From contig CAMOSU010000001.1 in NCBI GenBank assembly GCA_946625125.1, positions 419-64,418 of the forward strand: DNA of 64,000 bases, written 5' to 3'. The notes under the pieces were generated by a model. It had not been told where the DNA came from. It worked only from the letters and a program-made list of their open reading frames with translations, and made no database searches. Source of the stretch: an uncultured Clostridia bacterium (GTDB taxonomy: Bacteria; Bacillota; Clostridia; Oscillospirales; Oscillospiraceae). Below are positions 36,685 through 44,857 of this stretch, piece by piece. The translations under genes were made by a program, and so were the position numbers. The number at the start of each line of letters is the position of its first letter. The stretch's first letter is position 1.

Positions 36685-37893
36685 ATGAATTATGAGAAGC
36701 AGTTTGGACTGATATTGGATCTCGGCAAGGAGCTGATTCGCTGCGGGGGCGAGACCCACCGGGTAGAGGACACCCTCTACCGTCTGGCGGCAGCCTACCG
36801 CTTTGACTCCTGCAACATCTGGGTGGTTCCCTCGGAAATCCAGGCCACCTTTACGGACCCCCAGGGGGTGACCCGGACCCAGATTCGTCACGTCCGGGGC
36901 AGCAGCGTGAACTTTGACGCCCTGGATCGGCTCAACACCCTCTCCCGCTGGGCCTGCGCCCAGTGTCCGGAGAGTGAGGCCTTTGCCGCCCGGCTGGAGG
37001 AAATTCGCTCTGCAGCGCCCCCGAAGCCCTGGCTGACCTATCTGGGGGGTGTGCTGGGGGGCTGGGGCTTCGCCCTGTTTTTCGGCTGCGATTTGCTGGA
37101 TTCCCTGGTGGCGGCCCTGGCCTCGCTGTTGATCTTTTTCCTGGTACGGCGTCTGTCTCCCAGGGAGGGCAATCCGTTGATTCTGAACTTCGCCGTTTCC
37201 CTGGTGACGGAGACCTTCATTCTGGTGGTCTGCCGCCTGGGTCTGGCGGACCACATGGAGACCATCACCATCGGGGTGGTGATGCTGCTGGTCAGCGGCC
37301 TGGGAGCCTTCAACGGTCTTCGGGACCTGGTGCATCTGGATACCCTGTCGGGGCTCATCAATCTGGCGGCCTCCTTCACCGGGGCCATTGGCATTGCCCT
37401 GGGAATGGCCCTGCCCATGCTGATTTTCCGGGATTGGGGCGCCGTGGCGGTTTCCGCCCAATCTCCGGACCCCTGGGTTCAGCTCCTCTCCGGAGCGGCG
37501 GCCTGCGTGGGCTTTGCCATCTGGTTCCGGGTCCGGGGGCTGAATATCGCCTGGTGCGCCCTGGGGGCCTTCCTCACCTGGGGAGCCTATCTTCTGGCCT
37601 ATCAGGCTTACCCCTCCGCCTTTGGCGCCACCCTGTTGGCATCCTTCCTCTGCGGGCTCTACGGTCAGATCATGGCCCGGGTGAACAAGAGCCCTGCCAC
37701 CATTTTCACCACCATCTGCATTCTCCCCCTGATTCCCGGCTCCTCCCTGTACTATGCCATGTACGGGGTGGTGACCAGAAACGTGGAGCTGAGCTATTCC
37801 AAGGGAGTGGAGTTGGGGCTCACCTGCTTCGGCATCGTGCTGGGCTTCATGGTGGTGGAGGTGGTGAACCGCTTCCTCTGGCGCCGCCGCTGA
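36685..37893 (+). CDS. ThrE-like threonine/serine exporter family membrane protein (fused N and C modules)
   Basis: Start at MNYEKQFGLILDLGKELIRCGGETHRVEDTLYRLAAAY, the DUF1212/ThrE N-terminal signature. This is followed by about 10 hydrophobic segments. Confidence 0.7.
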   Translation: MNYEKQFGLILDLGKELIRCGGETHRVEDTLYRLAAAYRFDSCNIWVVPSEIQATFTDPQGVTRTQIRHVRGSSVNFDALDRLNTLSRWACAQCPESEAFAARLEEIRSAAPPKPWLTYLGGVLGGWGFALFFGCDLLDSLVAALASLLIFFLVRRLSPREGNPLILNFAVSLVTETFILVVCRLGLADHMETITIGVVMLLVSGLGAFNGLRDLVHLDTLSGLINLAASFTGAIGIALGMALPMLIFRDWGAVAVSAQSPDPWVQLLSGAAACVGFAIWFRVRGLNIAWCALGAFLTWGAYLLAYQAYPSAFGATLLASFLCGLYGQIMARVNKSPATIFTTICILPLIPGSSLYYAMYGVVTRNVELSYSKGVELGLTCFGIVLGFMVVEVVNRFLWRRR

Positions 37894-37899
37894 AGCGGG

Positions 37900-39234
37900 T
37901 TACTTCCTCTTCAGCTCCGAATAGGGAGCGAGATAGGCCCGGTCGAAGCTTTCCAGACCGGAGAGATGAACCAACAGAGCCAGAAGCCCCAGAGTCAGAC
38001 CAAAGAGCCCCGCCAGGGCCGCGCAAAGCGTCAGGGCAAAGCGGCAAAGCCGAATGGCGTCGGCAAAGCTTTTCCCCGGCAGGGCAAAGCCGCAAATCCC
38101 TGCCGCCGCCACCAGAATCAACGCGGCGGGGGAAATGAGGTTCGCCTCCACCGCCGCGGTTCCCACCACCAGACCCCCGATGATGGAGACAGGCTGGGAG
38201 ACAGCCTTCGGGGCGGAGAGCCCCGCCTCCTGGAGCAGCTCAAAAGCCAGCAGCAGGCCCAGCACCTCCACCACGGTGGGGAAGGGGACCTGCTGCTTGC
38301 TTTCTATAATGGCCTCCAGCAGGGGCGTGGGCAGCATTTCCTGATGAAAACCGGCCATGGCCACATAGAGTCCGGGCAGCAGCAGAGCGCAGCCCAGGGC
38401 GATGAGCCGCAGCAGCTTGAGAAAACGGGCGGAAAGAAAATCCGTATCCCGGTCCTCCGCCGCCTCCAGCAGATAGCCCAGGTTGACCGGGGCCAGATAG
38501 CCCACCGGCAGCCCGTCTACGAAGATTCCCACCCGGCCCGCCAGCAGTCCGGCGGCAAATTTGTCCGTCCGCTCGGTGTATTGCAGCAGGGGAAAGGCGG
38601 TGCGGCGTTTTCCGGGGAGCAGATGCTCCACTGCGGCCGGGGTCAGCAGATCCTCAGCGTCGATGGAGTCCAGCCGCCGCTTCATTCGCTCCACGGTCTC
38701 CGGGTCCGTCAGACCCTCCAGCCAAAGCAGGCTGACCCCGGTGCGGCTTTCCCGCCCCACGGCGCATTCCCAGAGCCGCAGCCGCCCGCTCCGCAGGTGA
38801 CGGCGCAGCAGGGCAGTGTTGGTTCGCAGGGTTTCCGTAAAGGCGTCCTTGGGTCCCCGGGTGGTGCTTTCCACCTCCGGCTCCGAGGGGCCTCGTTTTT
38901 CCCCGGACTTTGTCTCAAAGGCCACCGCCCCGCCCCCGGGGATCAGCAGCAGACAGAAGCCTGCCAGCAGCTTGTCCTCCGCCTCCGCCGCGTCCCGGCA
39001 GAGAGCCGCTGAGGCGGCGTCCGCACCCTGCAAAATCCGTTCCGGCAGCTCCGCCGCCTCCAGCGGTCCGGCCAGGCGGGAGAGGGGACGGATGACAAAA
39101 TCCGCGATTTCGCTGCCGGAGCAGAGTCCGTCCAGAAAGCAGAGAACGCATTCCCTTCCCGCTGCCGAGACGGGACGATGGGTGAAATCCGCCGCATCGG
39201 CAAAGCGAGCCCGAAGCTGGGAAAACAGATCCAT
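37900..39234 (-). CDS. Spore germination protein, GerA (A-subunit) family
   Basis: ORF 37900..39273, start M14 (either start is possible). It shows the typical GerAA layout: a soluble N-domain (ILQGADAA..., ESTTRGPKDAFTETLRTNTALLRRHL, SLLWLEGLTD) followed by C-terminal TM segments (PLLEAIIESKQQVPFPTVVEVLGLLLAFELLQEAG). Confidence 0.7.
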   Translation of the reverse strand: MDLFSQLRARFADAADFTHRPVSAAGRECVLCFLDGLCSGSEIADFVIRPLSRLAGPLEAAELPERILQGADAASAALCRDAAEAEDKLLAGFCLLLIPGGGAVAFETKSGEKRGPSEPEVESTTRGPKDAFTETLRTNTALLRRHLRSGRLRLWECAVGRESRTGVSLLWLEGLTDPETVERMKRRLDSIDAEDLLTPAAVEHLLPGKRRTAFPLLQYTERTDKFAAGLLAGRVGIFVDGLPVGYLAPVNLGYLLEAAEDRDTDFLSARFLKLLRLIALGCALLLPGLYVAMAGFHQEMLPTPLLEAIIESKQQVPFPTVVEVLGLLLAFELLQEAGLSAPKAVSQPVSIIGGLVVGTAAVEANLISPAALILVAAAGICGFALPGKSFADAIRLCRFALTLCAALAGLFGLTLGLLALLVHLSGLESFDRAYLAPYSELKRK

Positions 39235-39299
39235 GGAACAAGCCTCCTTTTCCGGAAGCATGCCCCACGGCACGTTTTTTATACAAAATTATAACATAG

Positions 39300-39428
39300 C
39301 CTCCGTCTGTCATTTCGAGCGCGGCGAAAAATCCGCACAATCCCCCGCCTGTCATTTCCAGCGCGGCGAGAAATCCGCACAATCCTCCGTCTGTCATTTC
39401 GAGCGCAGCGAGAAATCCGTCCTTTTCC
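39300..39428 (+). repeat. Repeat family B, three tandem ~42-nt units
   Basis: CCTCCGTCTGTCATTTCGAGCGCGGCGA(A/G)AAATCCGCACAAT occurs three times head to tail, with the third copy truncated. Each unit carries an ATTTC...GAAAT mini-hairpin. It is related to the GTCATTCTGAGCG.AGCGAAGAATCC elements at 44668, 47716, 52496 and 56516. Confidence 0.8.
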
Positions 39429-39531
39429 GCCATTGTACCGAAAAAGCCCTGCCAACCCGGAGCGGAGGCCCTCTTGACAAGCGCCGTTTTTGCGCTACAA
39501 TAGGAGAAACGAAATCACACAGGAGTATATC

Positions 39532-41079
39532 ATGAATATTTTGAATCAATTTGAAGCGCTGGCCCTCCGGCAGCCGGAAAAGACCGCCGCGGCGGACGAG
39601 ATCAGAAGCTACAGCTTCCGGGAGCTGCGGCAAACCGCCGCCTGTCTGGGAACGGCGGTCCGGGAGCGTCAGCCCCGGGGCGGGGCAGTGGGGGTCATGG
39701 TTCACCGGGACGCGGACACCGTCGCCCTCTTTTTCGCGGCAATCTACGGCGGCTGCTTTTATGTCCCTCTGGACCCGGAGCTGCCCCCGCATAAGCTGGA
39801 GAGCATTCTTCAGGACGCCGGGATCACCCTGGTGCTGGGTCAGGCGGAGGACGGGGCGCCCCTGGCCGCTGCTGGCTTTGCCGGAAGTCTGCTGACCCTG
39901 GAGGACAGGGGAGAAGTCCCCGCGTCTCTGCCGGAAGCGGAGGCGGACAGCCCCCTGTATATGGTCTATACCTCCGGCTCCACGGGAAAGCCCAAGGGGG
40001 TCCTGAAAAGCCACGGGGCGGTGGCCAGCTTTATCACCGCCTTTGCCGCCCGCTTCGCACTCACCGGGGAGGAGATCATCGGCAACCAGAATCCCTTCTT
40101 CTTCGACGCCGCCGCCAAGGACCTCTACTATATGGCCTGCCTGGGCGCCACCCTGGAGATCATTCCCTCGGAGAAATTCATCTTCCCGGTGCGGCTGATG
40201 GAATACCTGAACCAACGGAGCATCAGCTATATCTGCTGGGTTCCCACGGCCCTGGCCATTGTCACCCAGCTCAACACCTTTAAGCAAATTCTGCCCCAGA
40301 CCCTGCGCCACGTCTTCTTTGTGGGGGAGCCCTTTCCCATCAAGCAGCTCCACAAATGGCTGAGCACCCTGCCGGATCTGCATTATGTAAACCTCTACGG
40401 TTCCTCGGAGCTGGCGGGGATCTGCTGTGCCTACGAGCTTCCCCAAGGCGCTATGCCCCAGATTCTGCCCATGGGAAAGCCGCTGCCCAACTGCCGGGTG
40501 TTCCTCCATACGGAGCAGGGCTTTACCCGGGAGCCCGGGGTGCTGGGAGAGGTCTGGATCGTCAGCCCGGCCCTGGCCCTGGAATACTACAGAGACCCGG
40601 AGAAAACCGCCGCCGTTTTCACCCGGGAGAGCCTGCCCGACGGGACTCAGGCCCGAGTCCTGCGCTCCGGCGACCTGGCCCAGTACGACGGGGAAGGGAA
40701 CCTGGTGTTCGTCTCCCGAAAGGACTTTCAGATCAAGCACATGGGCCGCCGCATCGAGTTAGGGGAAATCGAGGCCGTCGCCGATACCCTCCCCGAGCTG
40801 GCCCGCTGCTGCTGCCTCTACAACGAGGCCAAAAAACGCATTGAGCTGTTTTGTCAATTGAACGAGAGCTATAAAACACCGAACACTTCCAACGAGAATG
40901 CAGGGACAAGCAATGCTTGTCCGCCATCCACCTCTTCTATCGACGCCAAAGCCATTCAATCCCGCCTCCGCCCCCTGCTCTCGGACTACATGCTTCCCTC
41001 CAAAATCCACATCCTGGACCGCCTCCCCCTGAACCCCAACGGCAAGCTTCACCGCCAGGCTCTGAAGGAAATGATGTAA
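39532..41079 (+). CDS. Stand-alone adenylate-forming enzyme (amino-acid adenylation / DltA-like AMP-binding family)
   Basis: ORF 39490..41079, start M15 (MNILNQFEALA). It has the A3 core LYMVYTSGSTGKPKGV plus YGSSE, GDLA and KHMGRRIELGEIE motifs. A low-complexity insert (ESYKTPNTSNENAGTSNACPPSTSS) lies near the C-terminus. Confidence 0.75.
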   Translation: MNILNQFEALALRQPEKTAAADEIRSYSFRELRQTAACLGTAVRERQPRGGAVGVMVHRDADTVALFFAAIYGGCFYVPLDPELPPHKLESILQDAGITLVLGQAEDGAPLAAAGFAGSLLTLEDRGEVPASLPEAEADSPLYMVYTSGSTGKPKGVLKSHGAVASFITAFAARFALTGEEIIGNQNPFFFDAAAKDLYYMACLGATLEIIPSEKFIFPVRLMEYLNQRSISYICWVPTALAIVTQLNTFKQILPQTLRHVFFVGEPFPIKQLHKWLSTLPDLHYVNLYGSSELAGICCAYELPQGAMPQILPMGKPLPNCRVFLHTEQGFTREPGVLGEVWIVSPALALEYYRDPEKTAAVFTRESLPDGTQARVLRSGDLAQYDGEGNLVFVSRKDFQIKHMGRRIELGEIEAVADTLPELARCCCLYNEAKKRIELFCQLNESYKTPNTSNENAGTSNACPPSTSSIDAKAIQSRLRPLLSDYMLPSKIHILDRLPLNPNGKLHRQALKEMM

Positions 41080-41080
41080 A

Positions 41081-41147
41081 AAAACGCCTCTGTCAACCAC
41101 AACTGAAAACGCCTCTGTCAACCACAACTGACAGAGGCGTTTTTTTA
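41081..41147. terminator. Terminator with duplicated left arm between the adenylation gene and degV
   Basis: The 26-nt direct repeat AAAACGCCTCTGTCAACCACAACTGA occurs twice (41081..41106, 41107..41132). The second copy pairs with TGACAGAGGCGTT and is followed by TTTTTTATTTT. Confidence 0.6.
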
Positions 41148-41157
41148 TTTTCGATCA

Positions 41158-42015
41158 TCAAATGGCGTGGGTTCGAATAAAGAGGACCCCCAGGGTGTTG
41201 CGGCCGCAGTGGGAGGAGACGGTGCAGCCTGCCCGGGTCACGTGGATGTGGGGGAAGTCCCCCAGACTTTTCAGCTTCTCCACGCAGGCCTCCACCACAG
41301 CCTCATCGCAGCCGGCGTGGGTGATGAAGACGTGGTCCTTGATGATGTCGCTGCCGTCCCCGATGCGATCGGCAATATATTTCAGCAGCACCTGGTCAAA
41401 CCTGCCCCGATACTTTTTGCCCACGGTCATAGCGCCGTCCTTGACAATGATGCAGGGCTTGAAGTTCATCAGGTTTGCCCCCAGCAGGGCCACAGTGGAG
41501 CAGCGCCCGCCCTTGTGCAGGAACTCCAGACTGTCGATGACAAAGGAGGCGTCCACACAGGGGGCCAAACGGCGGCATTCCTCGGCAATCATGGCGGCCC
41601 GCATGCCTCGCCGGGCCAGCTCCGCCGCGTGGATCACCAGCAGGCCGCCGCCGGTGGAGAGATTGCGGCTGTCCACCACGTACACATTGTCAAAATCCTC
41701 GGCGGCGATGACGCTGTTCTGGTAGGTGGAGGACATCTCGGAGCTGATGGTGAAGTGGACGATGCTGTAGCCCTGCTCCACGTATTTGCGGAAGAACTCT
41801 GTGCAGTCGGACAGGTTGGGGGCGGCGGTTTTGGGCAGGGACTTGTTGCGCTCGTAATTCCGGTAAATATCCTCGGGGGTAATGTCCACCCCGTCCACAT
41901 GATCCACGTCGTTGAGATTGACCACCAGCCGCATCAACTGGATGCCGTATTCCTCCCGGAGCTCCGGACTCAGGTCCGTGGTGCTGTCGCTGGTAATGAG
42001 AATCTTTTCAGTCAT
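41158..42015 (-). CDS. DegV-family fatty-acid-binding protein
   Basis: ORF 41158..42162, with start set at M50 (MTEKILITSDSTTDLSPEL). It has the typical DegV N-terminus, and 285 aa is a typical DegV length. Confidence 0.8.
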   Translation of the reverse strand: MTEKILITSDSTTDLSPELREEYGIQLMRLVVNLNDVDHVDGVDITPEDIYRNYERNKSLPKTAAPNLSDCTEFFRKYVEQGYSIVHFTISSEMSSTYQNSVIAAEDFDNVYVVDSRNLSTGGGLLVIHAAELARRGMRAAMIAEECRRLAPCVDASFVIDSLEFLHKGGRCSTVALLGANLMNFKPCIIVKDGAMTVGKKYRGRFDQVLLKYIADRIGDGSDIIKDHVFITHAGCDEAVVEACVEKLKSLGDFPHIHVTRAGCTVSSHCGRNTLGVLFIRTHAI

Positions 42016-42284
42016 GAGGATCGCTCCTTGCTCTTTGTATTTATCACCCAGTAATATACAATACAAGGCGAGAAAAATCAAGTACTGTTTTCCTGCCCCA
42101 TGCGGAATCGGTGCGAAGCAGAGGCGGCGGAAAGGGAACGTAGGGACGGCTCTGCTCTGCATAAGTTCCGGCAGCCAAATCAGAGATTTGGGCCGTCACT
42201 TATCAGCCGTCCGGTCCGCCTTGGGCGGACAATTTGCCCCAGGCAAATCCAGCGTCGTTTCGATCTGCGGAATCTCTGCCGGTT

Positions 42285-42896
42285 CTATTTCTCCGGGAGC
42301 TTTTCAATGCTGCCCCCATTGCTCAGGTCCTTGTCCGCCAGCAGCATGAGCTTTTCCGCCAGCAGCCGGGAAAAGCCGCCGATGATGGCGGAGGAGACGA
42401 TCAGCTCCTCCGTGCGGGCAGTGGAAAAGGGGGTGGCGTCCCGGTGATCCAGAATGGGACCGGCCACGCCCCGTACCTGCTCCACAAAGAAGGCCGCCGC
42501 CAGAGCGTGACGCTGGGCGTAGCTGTCGTAGAAGGCGCGAAGCTCCTCCTCCGGCAGACCGGTGGGCAGAAGCTTTTGGATCAGGGCGATGCTGAGCCCC
42601 TGCTTCAGGGTGCAAATCACCAGAAGATAGGCGATATGGACCCGGTAATAACGCTTTTTCACAGGCTCCGGCATGATTTTTGTGCGGACGTAGTTGTTGA
42701 TGGCCGCGGCGGTGATAAATTCCTCCTCCTTCAGCTCCGGGGGCAGATAGTCCAGGTACTGCCGCAGCAGGGCGATGACCTGCTCCATATACAGGCCCAG
42801 ATCCGGTATCTGCTCCCAACTGGGGAGACGGTAGTTATTCAGATAGGTTTCCCATCGGCGGAGCTTGCCCGCCACCAGAGCTTTTTCATAGTTCAT
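42285..42896 (-). CDS. DUF1836-like protein (uncharacterised, commonly DegV-associated)
   Basis: ORF 42285..42980, with start set at M29 (MNYEKALVAGKLRRWETYLNNYRLPSWEQIPDLGLYMEQV...). The sequence ITAAAINNYVRTKIMPEPVKKRYYRVHIAYLLVICTLKQ matches my recollection of DUF1836. Confidence 0.6.
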   Translation of the reverse strand: MNYEKALVAGKLRRWETYLNNYRLPSWEQIPDLGLYMEQVIALLRQYLDYLPPELKEEEFITAAAINNYVRTKIMPEPVKKRYYRVHIAYLLVICTLKQGLSIALIQKLLPTGLPEEELRAFYDSYAQRHALAAAFFVEQVRGVAGPILDHRDATPFSTARTEELIVSSAIIGGFSRLLAEKLMLLADKDLSNGGSIEKLPEK

Positions 42897-43088
42897 GGAT
42901 GAGCCTCCCGAATCAAGTCTATACTCTGATATTATACCATAGGTCTCCCGAAAAATCAATATCATTTGTTCACACTCCAACTATTGACAGCGAGTAGAGA
43001 ATGTGGTAATATAATTTAGTATATTAGATAACGTAGCGCTGTTGATTAAAACGGTTTGCGTGGGACAACCCCACGGAAAGGAGCACTC

Positions 43089-43955
43089 ATGTCCGATTAT
43101 GTGATCATCACCGACTCCTCCTGCGACATCGCGCCGGAGCTTCTGGAGCAATGGGAGGTTCCCTTCGTCTCTCTGAGCTACAAATTTGACGAGGATTCCG
43201 ACGCCCATGGCAACTATGATCTGCCTTTCCATGAATTTTATGAGCGGATGCGGAAGGGCAGCATCGCCCGCACCGCCGCCGCCAATATGGAGACCTTCAA
43301 GGAGGCCTTTCGATCCTACCTGCTGGCGGGGAAGGATTTGCTGTACATCGGCTTCTCCTCCGGCCTGAGCACCACGGTCAATTCCGGCGCCATGGCGGCC
43401 CGGGAGCTGATGGAGGAATACCCGGACCGGAAAATCCTGGTGGAGGACACCTACGCCGCCTCCGCGGGCTTCGGTCTGCTGGTCTATCTCACCGTCCAGG
43501 AAAAGCGCCGGGGCGCCAGTCTGGAGCAGGCCGCGCAATTCGTGGAGGATACCCGCTTCCATCTCTGCCACTGGTTTACCGTGGACGACCTGGTGTATCT
43601 GAAGCGGGGCGGCCGGGTCAGCGCGGCGGCCGCCTTTGTGGGAGGCGTTCTGAACATCAAGCCGGTACTCCATATGGACAATCCCGGCCACCTCATCAAT
43701 ATGTTCAAGGTCCGGGGCCGCAGGGCTTCCATCAAGGCGCTGGCGGACAAGTACGGCGAGCTGGCGGTGAATCCCGGCCACGATACGGTGTTTATCTCCC
43801 ACGGCGACTGCCTGAAGGACGCGAAGCTGCTGGAGAAGATGCTGAAGGAGCGCTTCAACGCCTCGGTGAAGCTTATTACTTACGTGGGTCCCGTCATCGG
43901 CTCTCATTCCGGGCCGGGTACCCTGGCCCTGTTCTTCGTGGGCAGGGAACGCTGA
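43089..43955 (+). CDS. DegV-family fatty-acid-binding protein (second paralog)
   Basis: ORF 43056..43955, start M12 (MSDYVIITDSSCDIAPELL) after GGAAAGGAG. 288 aa. Confidence 0.8.
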   Translation: MSDYVIITDSSCDIAPELLEQWEVPFVSLSYKFDEDSDAHGNYDLPFHEFYERMRKGSIARTAAANMETFKEAFRSYLLAGKDLLYIGFSSGLSTTVNSGAMAARELMEEYPDRKILVEDTYAASAGFGLLVYLTVQEKRRGASLEQAAQFVEDTRFHLCHWFTVDDLVYLKRGGRVSAAAAFVGGVLNIKPVLHMDNPGHLINMFKVRGRRASIKALADKYGELAVNPGHDTVFISHGDCLKDAKLLEKMLKERFNASVKLITYVGPVIGSHSGPGTLALFFVGRER

Positions 43956-44629
43956 TGGCTGCCAGAACCCCCCTGGATCAGCGCAGCCTCCCAGCCTATA
44001 CCCGGGGAGAGGAGCTCTTCAACTTTGTCTCCCATGTGGCGGGGGGCGGTCTGGCGCTGGTTATGCTGGTGCTCTGTGTGGTCCGGGCATCCCTCCACCG
44101 GGACCCCTGGGCCATTGTGGGCAGCGCCGTCTACGGTCTGTCTCTGGTGAGCGTTTATACAGTTTCCAGCGTCTATCACGGCCTGCGTCCTGTCCGGGCC
44201 AAGAAGGTGATGCAGGTGCTGGACCACTGTACCATCTACTTTTTGATTCTGGGCTCCTACCTGCCCATCCTGCTCTGCGCCATCCGGCCCGTGTCCCCGG
44301 TGACGGCCTGGGTGCTCTTTGGGCTGATTCTTGCCACGACGGCTCTGGCTGTGACCTTCACCGCCATAGACCTGAAAAAGTACCGGGTCCTGTCCATGAT
44401 CTGCTACATCGGCCTGGGCTGGTGCATTGTCTTCGCCGCGCCTGTGGCCCTGCGGGCAGTCCCCATACCGGGGCTGATCTGGCTTCTGGCCGGGGGAATT
44501 GCCTATACCGTGGGAGCCATTCTCTACGGCGTGGGCGTCCACAAGCGCTATATGCACGGTGTATTTCACCTTTTCGTGATGATAGGCTCCCTCCTGCAGT
44601 TTGTCTGTATTTTCCGGTATGTGATATAG
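43955..44629 (+). CDS. Hemolysin III / PAQR-family membrane protein
   Basis: 224 aa with 7 hydrophobic helices and motifs NFVSHVAGG, SSVYHGL, LDHCTIYFLILGSY and GVFHLFV. The ATG overlaps the degV stop as TGATG. Confidence 0.8.
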   Translation: MAARTPLDQRSLPAYTRGEELFNFVSHVAGGGLALVMLVLCVVRASLHRDPWAIVGSAVYGLSLVSVYTVSSVYHGLRPVRAKKVMQVLDHCTIYFLILGSYLPILLCAIRPVSPVTAWVLFGLILATTALAVTFTAIDLKKYRVLSMICYIGLGWCIVFAAPVALRAVPIPGLIWLLAGGIAYTVGAILYGVGVHKRYMHGVFHLFVMIGSLLQFVCIFRYVI

Positions 44630-44667
44630 TAGTTTCCGCAAGCCGCCGTCCCTCCGCCTTCGCCCGT

Positions 44668-44709
44668 AGGGGACGGGGGTTACGGATTCTTCGCTGCGCT
44701 CAGAATGAC
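44668..44709 (-). repeat. Repeat family B element (composite form)
   Basis: AGGGGACGGGGGTTACGGATTCTTCGCTGCGCTCAGAATGAC is the reverse complement of GTCATTCTGAGCGCAGCGAAGAATCCGTAACCCCCGTCCCCT. The palindrome GGGCGCACAGTGTGCGCCC follows. Confidence 0.75.
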
Positions 44710-44788
44710 AAAAACGATACGCTTCCGCCGTAGGGGCGCACAGTGTGCGCCCGCTCCGCCCGCGCCTCTGCCCCGCACGAAATGAAAT

Positions 44789-44824
44789 AAACGGGAAAGA
44801 CCGAATCCGGCCTTTCCCGTTTTT
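44789..44824. terminator. Bidirectional terminator between hemolysin-III gene and LRR-SLH gene A (identical copy at about 47837..47872)
   Basis: ACGGGAAAGACCG-AATC-CGGCCTTTCCCGT followed by TTTTG, with an A/T-rich tract on the other side. Confidence 0.6.
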
Positions 44825-44857
44825 GCTGTGTTCGATTTCCGCTTTTGCTGCATGCGT

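Noticed and set aside
42170-42285. A possible third, degenerate copy of repeat family A in the DUF1836-degV spacer (CAGAGATTTGGGCCGTCACTTATCAGCCGTCCGG...GCAAATCC...GGAATCTCTG).
   Set aside because: Only short motif-level resemblance (GATTTG/CAAATC arms and a GCCGTCC core). By-eye identity is too low to assert homology without an alignment tool.
42981-43907. A 308-aa minus-strand ORF.
   Set aside because: It is antisense to the well-supported DegV gene 43089..43955 and has no family resemblance.
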